This document shows positions 48,957-58,729 of a DNA stretch of 64,000 bases, one piece after another; position 1 is the stretch's first letter, and every line of letters begins with the position of its first letter. Source of the stretch: Candidatus Melainabacteria bacterium 17Bon1m (lineage in GTDB: Bacteria; Cyanobacteriota; Vampirovibrionia; Obscuribacterales; Obscuribacteraceae); contig JAVLKG010000001.1 of the NCBI GenBank assembly GCA_032128875.1, positions 128,001 to 192,000 of the forward strand, given 5' to 3'. The translations under genes were made by a program, and so were the position numbers. The notes beneath the pieces were generated by a model. That model saw only the letters and a list, made by a program, of their open reading frames with translations. It made no database searches and was not told the DNA's origin.

Positions 48957-49838
48957 TTACTTCTTGCGACCCATCGTTCCTCTGATTGTGCCGTGCGGCT
49001 CGCTTGTGTTGACGAAAACCTCATTTTTGTTTTCCAGTCCCAGCGGTTCCAGATTGAATGGAATGCGATGCAAGTTAGGCATTGTCAGCGAGATTTCATC
49101 AATGTCCGAAACCTTTGAAATAACTGCATCGCCCATTGCGAACAATGTCTGCTGCGCTGAAAGGCTGTGGTGTTGCGCAAAAGTCTCAAGCATGATTTGG
49201 CGGGCCTTTTCATAGCCGGCATTAAAGTCGGCCTTTTCATTTTTCCAAATCCATCGTGCTTCTACTTTCGTGCCGAAGATTCTGTCATGCGTATCTTTCA
49301 AAGTTGTGTAAGCATCCTTGATGTGACCGGCAAATTCAGAGCCAGTAATCTTCGCAACGATCAAATTGTCGATACCGGAAGTGATTTTTGTTTCCTTCCT
49401 CGTCATGTAGATGTGCGTGTAGCGCACGTCGCTTTGTGCTTTGACGAATGAAGTCGGATGTACGCCGCCTTCAATCAAAATATTCGACCAGATGTCTTCG
49501 CTAATTCTGATGTTCACTTCGTCGACGTGTTTGTAGTCATCGAGGAAGTGTTTTGCCAGGGCAATCCCGTATTCCTCGATGCTGTTGAGATCGTTTCTCG
49601 CACCGTAAACATAGACAGTATTTTTCATCGAGTCAGTGGCAACAATTTTGGAGTTGTCGCCTTCGTAGTAGCATCCGCTAAATTCGGGACCTGCGAGTTC
49701 TACTTCTACCGTTATCTCTTTCCAAGTAGGAACCTTGCCAGAACGATTGATCTTGGTGAGGCGGACCAAGCTTTTTCCATAGGAGTCCTTGACAAGAGTG
49801 CTGGCAAAAGCCGTCTCTTTAGTCGGGGTTACGCTCAT
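48957..49838 (-). CDS. pucL: Urate oxidase (uricase)
   Basis: YGK, GDNSKIVATDSMKNTVY, HSLSAQQTL, MPNLH and EPHGTI. Confidence 0.93.
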   Translation of the reverse strand: MSVTPTKETAFASTLVKDSYGKSLVRLTKINRSGKVPTWKEITVEVELAGPEFSGCYYEGDNSKIVATDSMKNTVYVYGARNDLNSIEEYGIALAKHFLDDYKHVDEVNIRISEDIWSNILIEGGVHPTSFVKAQSDVRYTHIYMTRKETKITSGIDNLIVAKITGSEFAGHIKDAYTTLKDTHDRIFGTKVEARWIWKNEKADFNAGYEKARQIMLETFAQHHSLSAQQTLFAMGDAVISKVSDIDEISLTMPNLHRIPFNLEPLGLENKNEVFVNTSEPHGTIRGTMGRKK

Positions 49839-50004
49839 GAGATTGCCCTCCCCAGGACAGTTGAATGCAATGATCTAACGGACCTTTGCCGCTGTTGCTT
49901 ACTGTCGCAAGCGAAGAACGGCACAATTACGTTTTAATAGCGCCAATCTTCCCGCTCTGCCTGATGTTGTGTCAAGCGCAAGTGCGGTTAAATTCCCGAT
50001 TTAA

Positions 50005-52176
50005 TCAAGGACGCTCTCTTCGTTGTTTGAGCGCCTTGGATTGCATAGGCTCGGCCGGAACGATTGGCGCGGCTGCTTCCGGGAGATCGAGTGCAGGATT
50101 ACGTTTGAAAAACGCTTCCGGCATGATCTTGAATCCCATGCTCGTTGAAGGCATTACTGGCCAATCTTCAACGCGAGGAGCGTGAGTAATGCCAACTGTG
50201 TACCAGCAAACAAGATCTTCGTTATCGATGGAATCGGCGCTTATCCACTCAGGCAGTCCTTCTCCTCCGACGCTCGAGGTGGGGTAGTCGCCGCCTGCAA
50301 ACATCTCATCATGCTTGTACTTTGTCGTCCAAAAGTGGTGACGTAAAAAGCCTGCTCTCTTTCTGTTGTAAGAGTCAGGATGACTGTACGGATAAGCGTT
50401 GGTGCCAGGCTGAATCAAATAGCCCGGTGGATGTCCAAGGTAACTTGATACATTTTTGTTGACTACTTTCCAGCATCGACTTTGCACTTCGTTGAGATCT
50501 CTTGCCGCATCTTCTTCCCGACGCAGGAGATTACGCTCCAGTACAAAAGTATTTTGCTCTAAATGTCCACGACTTTCGTTGATGGGTCTTACGTTTAACT
50601 CGTAAACGTTATTCTTAACACCGTCCACGTCGAAGTCCATGCGGAAGCAAAAGAAGTGCTGGTGATTTATGCCGACGATGTTAGGTGCCATTAAGGTTCC
50701 GTATCGCTCTACACCTTTAGGAATGATATTTCCTTCCTCATCAGGGTCTTGCGAGCAAACTTCGCATTCTTTCAGTTTGACGCCTTGCGCTAAAACATCG
50801 CCGTTAAGAGTGACTTTTACATCTATCGAGCCATCTTGATTGAAAAAGTATTGGCTGAAGTAGTCGTAATTTCCCAGGGTAAACATGTGTGCAATGACGA
50901 GTTGTCGACCGCGTCTGGTGAGCGTTTTGTCTGCGTCATCGTCGTGATGTTCCCAGAGGATGCCACCATCTTGTTCCCAAATCGCTAACCCTGCCGGCTT
51001 GATTTTTATTGTGCCGACGCTGTTTGCGTATGGAACATCAATGGTTTTTGCGTGATTTGGAATCTCGTGACCTGGGCGCAAGGTGGTCGTCAATCTGCCA
51101 AGCCCGTATTCTCCTTCGTCGATAGGCGAGCGCCATACCCAGTCAAACCCAGGTGCGCCATAGGGAACAGAAACTTCCGAAACCCCAAGGCGATGCAATA
51201 CTGGTCGAACTTTGCCTTCATCCTCGTAGCCTATGCAGTGAAGAACTAAGCCCTCGCGTGAATCCAATTCGTATCGAAAACGCCATTTTTGCCACCGCAC
51301 TTCGTGCCCATCTAAAGTGAAAGATGGACCTTCCGGTTGTGTAGTCAGCAACGGTTTGCAGGGGGCACGCAACTTCCCAACGTTGGTCTGATCAAAGTAG
51401 TTGGAAGACACTCCGGCTAAAGGAATTATGTCCTTGCTATCTCGAACATCGCATGTCTTTTTCGTCAGATTAACGACCGCAGACAATCCTTCAATTGGTT
51501 CTCCAAAAGAATTATGTCCGACCACTCTGTAGTACGGATATCCTCTCAATAGCCTGTCATTTTCGGGATTATTGATATTCACTGGACTGCCTACGACAAA
51601 CATCTCCATGTGAACATTTTCCATATCCTTGATTCCGCGGCGTTCTAGTCCCTTCATCCAAGCTTGGTTGTTCTTGAGTATTTCAATTCCGAGTGGAGTA
51701 TCTTCTTCGAGCTGCATAGGTTGCACGCGTTTGCGCAGCACATCGGAAATCACCTGTTTATTATTTAGATCAGTTATGACCTCGTGTGTTTCATTGGTGT
51801 CGATACCATAAAGAACTGCAATCGACTTTCGCTGGATTGGATCGCCTGGCTTGTAGTTTAAGGTCACCTCTTTTTCCGGCTCGAGTAGTGTCAGTGAGAC
51901 CAGAGATACATTCGCGCCGAATTTCCCTGACTCCTTAAGAATGCGAACATTGTCCGCAAGTTCTAATTTGGTTAGCGGATCCAGCGGATGCAAAATTGGC
52001 TCAGGCGCAACCGCTGTAGCTGTGCTGTCACTTTTCGAATCGACGCTACTTGCCGACGATGAAGCTTTGCCAACTGAGTCTGCTAACGCAGGAAGCACAT
52101 TACCGCCGAATGCGGTGCTCAGCATCAGTAAAGACAGTGAAATGCTTGTGAAAGGGTGCCGCTTTTTGCGCATCAA
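50005..52176 (-). CDS. tynA: Copper-containing primary amine oxidase with signal peptide
   Basis: HPLDPL, TPQ motif TLGNYDY, Cu ligands HQH and H(APRVEDWPVMP). Confidence 0.93.
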   Translation of the reverse strand: MMRKKRHPFTSISLSLLMLSTAFGGNVLPALADSVGKASSSASSVDSKSDSTATAVAPEPILHPLDPLTKLELADNVRILKESGKFGANVSLVSLTLLEPEKEVTLNYKPGDPIQRKSIAVLYGIDTNETHEVITDLNNKQVISDVLRKRVQPMQLEEDTPLGIEILKNNQAWMKGLERRGIKDMENVHMEMFVVGSPVNINNPENDRLLRGYPYYRVVGHNSFGEPIEGLSAVVNLTKKTCDVRDSKDIIPLAGVSSNYFDQTNVGKLRAPCKPLLTTQPEGPSFTLDGHEVRWQKWRFRYELDSREGLVLHCIGYEDEGKVRPVLHRLGVSEVSVPYGAPGFDWVWRSPIDEGEYGLGRLTTTLRPGHEIPNHAKTIDVPYANSVGTIKIKPAGLAIWEQDGGILWEHHDDDADKTLTRRGRQLVIAHMFTLGNYDYFSQYFFNQDGSIDVKVTLNGDVLAQGVKLKECEVCSQDPDEEGNIIPKGVERYGTLMAPNIVGINHQHFFCFRMDFDVDGVKNNVYELNVRPINESRGHLEQNTFVLERNLLRREEDAARDLNEVQSRCWKVVNKNVSSYLGHPPGYLIQPGTNAYPYSHPDSYNRKRAGFLRHHFWTTKYKHDEMFAGGDYPTSSVGGEGLPEWISADSIDNEDLVCWYTVGITHAPRVEDWPVMPSTSMGFKIMPEAFFKRNPALDLPEAAAPIVPAEPMQSKALKQRRERP

Positions 52177-52305
52177 ATTAATCCCTGCATACTAGGGCGA
52201 AAACGGTTTTCGGTTCCCAAGTGTCAAGGATTGGAAAGCGAAAAATCAAGATATCACATGTGCGCGAAAACATGAGGCTGGCCAGCCGCTGAGATTTGTC
52301 GAGTC

Positions 52306-53022
52306 CTATGGCGCGACAATTGATTCATAATATTGAATTCGCTTTGTGTATTCTTCCGACTCCTTATTCACGTGCATTTTTGTCAGCCTGATGCCACGAT
52401 GTGCTGCTTCTACTGCGCTTTCCCTGTCTTTTGCCGCTAGCGCCACCTCTATGACTGCGTCGTTCAAGGAAATCTTCTCGGTGGATGAGGTGTTGTTTTC
52501 GATCATCTGAAAGGCTTGCCAGGCCATCTCGTCAGCCTCTTGAATCCTCCCCATCTCTTCTAGTTTTAAGCAAAGCCCAGACATCTGAATTGCTGCTTCC
52601 TTGCTTTGCACGCCGTATGCCTCCTGCGCTGCAACTATTGATGTTCTCAGTGTCTGTACGCAATCTGGGTGAGCGATCTCAAACTGAAATCGCGACATCA
52701 GCGAAAGCGTTCTTGCTCTTGCCGTGAGATCTTGCATCTCCTGCGCAATTGCAAGTGCTTTTGAAGCATGAGATTCGAATTGAAGGTATATCTTCTTGCG
52801 CCTCCTGCTCCTTGAATAATAGAGATCCTCCGCCTTTTGAAAATGCAGCTGCCACGTTGGTTTGCCGAAGCGCAACTCATTTTGTTTTACCCTGGAGTTG
52901 TCCAGCGTTTTAAATGGAAATGGAAACAGGTTTTTCATACTCTTGTTCATGACAATAACCTCTCTGTATGACGTCTTATAAGCAAGTACGTAGTTGTCGA
53001 ACAAAAAGTTCAATGACCCCAC
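52306..53022 (-). CDS. Hypothetical TPR-like protein
   Basis: Helical ORF. The true start is probably ATG 52950, after AGAGAGG. Confidence 0.65.
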   Translation of the reverse strand: MGSLNFLFDNYVLAYKTSYREVIVMNKSMKNLFPFPFKTLDNSRVKQNELRFGKPTWQLHFQKAEDLYYSRSRRRKKIYLQFESHASKALAIAQEMQDLTARARTLSLMSRFQFEIAHPDCVQTLRTSIVAAQEAYGVQSKEAAIQMSGLCLKLEEMGRIQEADEMAWQAFQMIENNTSSTEKISLNDAVIEVALAAKDRESAVEAAHRGIRLTKMHVNKESEEYTKRIQYYESIVAP

Positions 53023-53036
53023 ATTAAAGTTGGGTC

Positions 53037-53065
53037 TTGACAGGGTGTTGATACGTATTTACACT
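53037..53065 (+). promoter_or_regulatory. Near-consensus sigma70 promoter
   Basis: TTGACA-17-TACACT, followed by GGAGG at 53075-53079. Confidence 0.75.
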
Positions 53066-53087
53066 TGAAATTACGGAGGTATGAGCT

Positions 53088-53417
53088 ATTTCTACAGACA
53101 AACGTTCAATCACTTTTTACGCAGACAAAGAGATCGAGACATGGTACGAGTCACTTCCAACTAGCGTGCGAAGCCGAACCATCAATGACTTACTAAAGAA
53201 AGCAATTTCAAATTCTGGAAAGAAGGATCTATCCTTACACAAAATAGACAAGCACGACTCGGTACTTCGCGAGTTGGTGGCGCTCGTTTCAATTCTCTCG
53301 CAAGAGCAAATTGCCGCATGCGACAGCAGACATAAAGATGCTTCTGCCAAAGCATTGAAAAAACGAATCAAGCACTCCCTTAGTGAACTTGATCAGGTAG
53401 CTTCAGCGGGCTATTAG
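53088..53417 (+). CDS. Putative ribbon-helix-helix DNA-binding protein, probably with an ATT start
   Basis: The frame of track ORF 53166-53417 is open back to 53085 and reads ISTDKRSITFYADKEIETWYESLPTSVRSRTINDLLKKAI, a beta-alpha-alpha pattern. Confidence 0.55.
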   Translation: MSTDKRSITFYADKEIETWYESLPTSVRSRTINDLLKKAISNSGKKDLSLHKIDKHDSVLRELVALVSILSQEQIAACDSRHKDASAKALKKRIKHSLSELDQVASAGY

Positions 53418-53439
53418 TCCGCCTAGAAAGTCCATTTAG

Positions 53440-53889
53440 ATGAAAACGCTACTCATCAGTCTTGCACTGGTTGTTTCTGTGCATGATGGTGATACCTTGA
53501 AACTTTCCGATGGACGGACTGTTCGATTGGAAGGTATTGACGCGCCTGAAATTACACAACCTTATGGAGTGCAGTCGCGAGAGCTTCTTGCAAAACTCAC
53601 ACGCAAGAAGAAAGTGCGACTCGAGTCGCACGGAAAAGACAGATACGGAAGAACGGTCGCGAAGATTTACGTTGGGAAGCGATCCGTCAATCAATCGATG
53701 GTAAGCCGTGGAGCGGCTTGGTGGTTTCGCTCATTCGCTCCGACAGACAATCAGCTTCGCCGGGCCGAGCAAGATGCAAGGAAACACAGGGTCGGTCTCT
53801 GGAAAGCCTCGTACGTAATTGCGCCTTGGGATTGGCGCAAATCTAATGATCGGCACGCCAAAATTGCAAGTAATTTGAAAGGAAATTAG
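53440..53889 (+). CDS. Thermonuclease (SNase) family protein
   Basis: VHDGDT, VRLEGIDAPE, DRYGR and GLW...PWDWR. Confidence 0.92.
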   Translation: MKTLLISLALVVSVHDGDTLKLSDGRTVRLEGIDAPEITQPYGVQSRELLAKLTRKKKVRLESHGKDRYGRTVAKIYVGKRSVNQSMVSRGAAWWFRSFAPTDNQLRRAEQDARKHRVGLWKASYVIAPWDWRKSNDRHAKIASNLKGN

Positions 53890-54091
53890 CAGGTATTCTT
53901 TGGCAAGAGCGTGAACTGGTTGGGGTTTTGGGCGCTTTTCCCGGATTCGCGAGCTGGAATCCGCACTCAGTCTCGTTAATTTGAAGGTTACTCGAAACAA
54001 AAAGCCCCCTTTCGTCGTCAGTTAGGGTCTTCACAGATTCCTCACAGATGCCTGTCATCTTGGAACTGTAGGGAGTAGAGGAGACCCAGCT

Positions 54092-54325
54092 ATGAGAATC
54101 GAGAAATACAAGATGTTGCTTTCTGCGGCGCAGAATGCCGCGCCTGAGCAGCAACAGATTTTATATCAGCGGGCTTATAGCACAGCCGAAGCGTCATATG
54201 GGAAGCACAGTCCCGAGGTTTATGCTGTTCTTTCAGCATTAACAAGCCATCTAGAGAACAAAGGTATTTACGGTGATGCATTTGCTTGTCGGGAGCAAGC
54301 AAAATGCATGTTTCGAGGTTCATAG
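54092..54325 (+). CDS. Small TPR-like hypothetical protein
   Basis: LYQRAYSTAEASYGKHSPEV resembles a kinesin-light-chain-type TPR. GAGGAG ribosome-binding site. Confidence 0.6.
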   Translation: MRIEKYKMLLSAAQNAAPEQQQILYQRAYSTAEASYGKHSPEVYAVLSALTSHLENKGIYGDAFACREQAKCMFRGS

Positions 54326-54385
54326 GATTTTTCCGCGCTGATATTTTGCGTATACTAGTGCTCCCCAAAAGTTGGAGCTTTCGCA

Positions 54386-55174
54386 ATGTCAAAACGCTGG
54401 ACACTTGATGGCAAAGTTGCCTTGATTACTGGCGCATCAAAAGGAATCGGAAGAGCTTGTGCGCTGGAATTTCTCGAATTAGGTGCAGAAGTTGTGATGG
54501 TTGCGCGAGGGCTCGAAGAGCTTGAAAAGGCTTCTGCGGGAAGCCGGCACAAGGACAATGTCCATTTAGTTGCCGCCGATGTAACTACACTCGACGGTCG
54601 CGAAAGGATTTTTAAGACCGTTGCCGAGATAGGACGCCTCGATGTCCTGGTGAATAATGTCGGGACAAACATTCGCAAGAAGTTTATGCAGGTTTCGAGC
54701 GAAGAACTCAATCTTCTGCTCGACACAAATTTAAATTCGTCTCTTGCGATGTGCCGCGATGCGCATCCATGGCTGCTCAAGGGTAGCGATGCGAATGTTG
54801 TTTTCATAACATCGATTGCAGGAATCGGCACGGTTGGATCAGGATTGATGTATGGCGTCACTAAAGCTGCGCTGAATCAGGCGACTCGGGCTCTGGCGCA
54901 GGAGTGGGCTCCGGATAAAATTCGCGTCAACGCGATTGCACCGGGCTATATCGAGACGCCTCTGACCGAGGGCATTTTGAAGAGCCCCGAGTTTCGCGCC
55001 GCCGTTGAAAATGTCGCAATGCTCAAGAGAATTGGAAAGCCTGAAGAGGTTTCCGCCGCAGTTGCATTCCTTGCAATGCCGCTCTCTTCTTTTATCACTG
55101 GTCAAGTTTTGGTTGTCGATGGTGGCACCACGGCGCAGTATTTCAACGCGCAGGAATTGCTTGCTGCGCATTGA
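54386..55174 (+). CDS. SDR oxidoreductase (tropinone reductase-like)
   Basis: [19 protein letters not shown] and VNAIAPG. Confidence 0.93.
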   Translation: MSKRWTLDGKVALITGASKGIGRACALEFLELGAEVVMVARGLEELEKASAGSRHKDNVHLVAADVTTLDGRERIFKTVAEIGRLDVLVNNVGTNIRKKFMQVSSEELNLLLDTNLNSSLAMCRDAHPWLLKGSDANVVFITSIAGIGTVGSGLMYGVTKAALNQATRALAQEWAPDKIRVNAIAPGYIETPLTEGILKSPEFRAAVENVAMLKRIGKPEEVSAAVAFLAMPLSSFITGQVLVVDGGTTAQYFNAQELLAAH

Positions 55175-55210
55175 AAATTTGCAATTCATGTCGAAAAAGA
55201 CCCAGGCTGA

Positions 55211-56224
55211 TTACCTTTTCCTCAGGCGATTAGCCTTGTGTATCGCCTTCCACTTCGACTTTTCCGCTTCAGCGGCGAATCGATCTGTTTTTCGCGTTTC
55301 GTATGCAGCTTCTTTCTCCAGCTTATTCCAACTAGAGTAAGTATCTGCATCGACGCCCTCACGCACCGCGCAGCCTGGTTCGCTCTGATGTTTGCAATCT
55401 CTGAATCTGCATTCTTCAGCCAATTGCAGCACTTCGCTGAACACCGCGTGCACGCCGTCTTCGGCATCAGCTAAGGCGAACTCTCGCATTCCGGGGGTGT
55501 CAATGATTGAAGTTCCATCCGCAAGCTGAATTAGCAGGCGGCGCGTTGTTGTGTGGCGCCCCTTTTGTACCTGCGAGCTGATTGCGCTAACCGCAAGTCT
55601 TTCTTCTTGCAGCAGTACATTTATCAATGTCGATTTCCCTACGCCACTGGACCCAACGAATGCGATGGTTTTTTCTGGGCCAAGAAATGGAAATAGTTCT
55701 TCCAGACCATTTCCGCCCAGGGCGGAAAGCGCCACCACCGGATTGTTTCCCGCGACTGCCTTAGCTGCTTTGATATGTTCAGTCGCATCATCGACCAGAT
55801 CTATTTTAGTCAATGCAATTGCGCATGGCACATCAAACCCCGCTGCAGCCACCATGTAGCGCTCAAGTCTTCTGACATTGAAGTCTCGATTAAGTGCAGC
55901 TGTAATAAACAATGTGTCCAAATTTGCAGCGATTGGTTGTAATTCCACACTGCCATAAACGCCGCGCCGCGCGAATAGATTCTTGCGAGGCAACAGCTTA
56001 TGAATCATTATCGTATTGGACTGTTCGTTTTCTAGAATCGCTACATAATCTCCGACGATTGGAAAATCTGAAGCGACCTGCGCGGAGTACCTGAATGCGC
56101 CAGTTATTTCGGCGCGTGTTTCTCCGTGGTGCGTAGCGACGACATACGAACCACGATCTTGCGAGACGATTCGCCCGCATTCGAACGGCGGCTCAACGAG
56201 AGCCGCGATATTTTTTTGCAGCAT
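55211..56224 (-). CDS. rsgA: Ribosome small subunit-dependent GTPase A
   Basis: VGD, TKID, GSSGVGKS, GRHTT, DTPG and CRFRDCKHQSEPGC. Confidence 0.95.
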   Translation of the reverse strand: MLQKNIAALVEPPFECGRIVSQDRGSYVVATHHGETRAEITGAFRYSAQVASDFPIVGDYVAILENEQSNTIMIHKLLPRKNLFARRGVYGSVELQPIAANLDTLFITAALNRDFNVRRLERYMVAAAGFDVPCAIALTKIDLVDDATEHIKAAKAVAGNNPVVALSALGGNGLEELFPFLGPEKTIAFVGSSGVGKSTLINVLLQEERLAVSAISSQVQKGRHTTTRRLLIQLADGTSIIDTPGMREFALADAEDGVHAVFSEVLQLAEECRFRDCKHQSEPGCAVREGVDADTYSSWNKLEKEAAYETRKTDRFAAEAEKSKWKAIHKANRLRKR

Positions 56225-56310
56225 TGTCCTGTCCTTGTTTATTTGCTGTGCGTTTCACCAGGTGCAAATAAAGGACACGAGCGTCGATTCACAATGCGTA
56301 AAGTCGAATC

Positions 56311-56391
56311 TTAGCGATTTCCAGTGCGATGAGTTACGACGGCGCAACGGAAGACAGCATCGTATCCGTGTGTAGCAATGACATTTTCCAT
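56311..56391 (-). CDS. Putative 26-aa leader peptide of rsgA (MENVIATHGYDAVFRCAVVTHRTGNR)
   Basis: Strong AAGGAGG upstream. Followed by a hairpin (56230-56277) that overlaps the rsgA ribosome-binding region. Confidence 0.6.
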   Translation of the reverse strand: MENVIATHGYDAVFRCAVVTHRTGNR

Positions 56392-56530
56392 GTAGCGCCT
56401 CCTTCGCGGTTCGCGATTGAATCTAGAATGCCAATATATACCGGACTTTGCAATCATGTCAAGCTGGGCTTTGTCTTGCCCTCCATAAACCTTGTAAAAT
56501 AAACGCGGGAAGGTTTGTGGAATCTAAGTA

Positions 56531-57454
56531 TTGAAGATTGAATTATCGCGATTGTTTTCTCGCAGGCGTAGAAGAGTTATCGTTGCCTGCACCGCTGTTT
56601 CAATTCTCACTTCAATAATTTTGGCGCTGCCATCATTTGCTGTGAAAGATGAAGAGCGCGATTACGATTTGCCTTTGCCCGTTACTCCAAAACCGAAATT
56701 TGTAGCTGTCTATGGCGACAAGTATTTGCGAGCGATCGAAGCGCAAATATTAGTCTTCGCCAAAGAAAACAACACTGATTGGTCTGAGAAAAAAGAAGAC
56801 CGCATTCGGCAGCAAGTGAAGCAGCTTTTCGAGAAAGAAACTTCACCCCATGCTCTGGCGACGATTGCTATTTGGGCGATAATGAATCGCGAAGATGATC
56901 CCCTTGTTCGACGTCTCTACCATTACGACAAGATCATCGAAGCTGCCTTCTACCAGGCCATGTTTCGAATTACCGACATTGGCAATGAAGATTCTATTCC
57001 TGCTCTGTACCGGATCATGCATCAAGCTAACATGGACAAAGATGCCATGGAGAAATTGCGCGATTGCTTAAATGGACTCGAGCCCGATGGATTCAGAAGC
57101 ACTTCGCGCGTGAAGGTGTATTTTAGCGAGAGTCTCTTAAATGAGCGTCCTGCCCCTGAGGAAGTTGCGCAGTTTGTTGTGCCCTTACGTGAAGCGCTTT
57201 GGAGAATTTGGAAATCGCCTACTCTCATTCCATCGGAACTTTATGCAAAAGCGCAATTTACTGTAGATGAGACTTTGACTATTTCCAACATGCATGTCAC
57301 CACAGTTGTAAAAGATTGCCCGCCATCCGTGTTTTCAATGCGCAATGAATACAAGCGTGCTGCTCTAAAAGCACTGAGCAAATTGCGCATTACCCAACGT
57401 TTGCCAATGCTGACTAAAAGCACAGACGTAATTGTTGAATTTTACGGACCTTAG
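56531..57454 (+). CDS. Hypothetical exported protein
   Basis: Basic then hydrophobic N-terminus ending SFA. No recognised catalytic motif. Confidence 0.7.
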   Translation: MKIELSRLFSRRRRRVIVACTAVSILTSIILALPSFAVKDEERDYDLPLPVTPKPKFVAVYGDKYLRAIEAQILVFAKENNTDWSEKKEDRIRQQVKQLFEKETSPHALATIAIWAIMNREDDPLVRRLYHYDKIIEAAFYQAMFRITDIGNEDSIPALYRIMHQANMDKDAMEKLRDCLNGLEPDGFRSTSRVKVYFSESLLNERPAPEEVAQFVVPLREALWRIWKSPTLIPSELYAKAQFTVDETLTISNMHVTTVVKDCPPSVFSMRNEYKRAALKALSKLRITQRLPMLTKSTDVIVEFYGP

Positions 57455-57455
57455 C

Positions 57456-58016
57456 TCACACCAAATCTATTACAAAGATCAAGCTCGGACCTGTTCCAAA
57501 CGCATCACTTTTCTCTTTGACGAGTTTTCCACCGTTGTGCTCAATTAGGCGTCGCGAGGCAGAATTTGTCGGATTGCATGATACGAAAATCGATTGAATT
57601 CCGCGTTCCTTGAAATAGGGACCAGCTAGTTTCCATGCAAGTGCCGCGGCTTTGACTCCGTATCCGACATTCAAAAGCGCCGGACGGATTGCAACGCCAA
57701 TGTGTCCGCCGAACTCTTCAATGACCTCTCTATCACCAGAAAATCTAAGAGAAACAGAACCAAGATAGCGCTCTCCATCAACCAACCAGAGCAATGAATG
57801 TTCTGCAACAGTAAACTCCGAGCCATCCGGCATTGTGACTACGCGCGGCGATTCATCGCTGATTCTTCTAATGTAATCGTCAGGATCTTTGGAAATCTGC
57901 TCGGGCGAGTCATCCGCAAAATTACCGAGTGCCATGTTGCAAAAGGCGCCTTCACTGAGAGCTTCAACATAGGAGGGCAAGAATGTTTTGCTTGGTCTGA
58001 CCAATTCAATCTGCAT
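57456..58016 (-). CDS. GNAT-family N-acetyltransferase
   Basis: GGHIGVAIRP....GYG and N.ASRRLIEHNGG. Confidence 0.88.
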   Translation of the reverse strand: MQIELVRPSKTFLPSYVEALSEGAFCNMALGNFADDSPEQISKDPDDYIRRISDESPRVVTMPDGSEFTVAEHSLLWLVDGERYLGSVSLRFSGDREVIEEFGGHIGVAIRPALLNVGYGVKAAALAWKLAGPYFKERGIQSIFVSCNPTNSASRRLIEHNGGKLVKEKSDAFGTGPSLIFVIDLV

Positions 58017-58028
58017 AGTTCATTGTGA

Positions 58029-58607
58029 TCATTGTGATAATGGTTTTGCTTGATCTAAACCATCCCAATAACGCACCTTATTTTCCACTGTGGTGAACGT
58101 TGTTGAATACATTCGATCTATGTAGAGAATTCCATTCAGGTGATCGATCTCATGTTGCAAAATTCGCGCGTACCACCCTTTTGCGTTGATTGAAACTTCT
58201 TCACCCTTCTCGTTGAGAGCCTTAACGTTGACTGTTTTGTATCGCGCGACATTCGCAGCGAAGCCGGCCACACTCAAACATCCTTCAAAGAAATCCACTT
58301 TCTCATCACCAACGGGCGTGAGAATTGGGTTGATTAATACATGAAATGGGACGGGATATCTTTCGCGCAAGTTGAGTTCTTCCGAACTCATTTTTGTTTT
58401 CTCACCGGCTTCATCTTCAATTACCGTGAGTTTGATCGATTCACCAATTTGTGGTGCTGCAAGACCAACACCTGGTGCTGCGCGCATTACCTCGCGCATG
58501 ATTTCAATCAACTCTTGAATCTCTGCCGACTTGATTTCATCCACTGCTAACTCGCGCGCTTCAGCACGTAAAACAGGATGTCCGGTTTGAACTATTGGAT
58601 TGGGCAT
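58029..58607 (-). CDS. def: Peptide deformylase
   Basis: GVGLAAPQIG, EGCLS and QHEIDHL. Confidence 0.96.
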   Translation of the reverse strand: MPNPIVQTGHPVLRAEARELAVDEIKSAEIQELIEIMREVMRAAPGVGLAAPQIGESIKLTVIEDEAGEKTKMSSEELNLRERYPVPFHVLINPILTPVGDEKVDFFEGCLSVAGFAANVARYKTVNVKALNEKGEEVSINAKGWYARILQHEIDHLNGILYIDRMYSTTFTTVENKVRYWDGLDQAKPLSQ

Positions 58608-58729
58608 ATTGACCTGAATATAACTCTCTCGTAAGGCTTGCCATTGTGGTTGGCTTGAGTATAAAGTAAATTGTACATCTTACTTTCTCTTGAATTGCGC
58701 GGTGACAGTTGCCGTATTTAGGTAAACAG

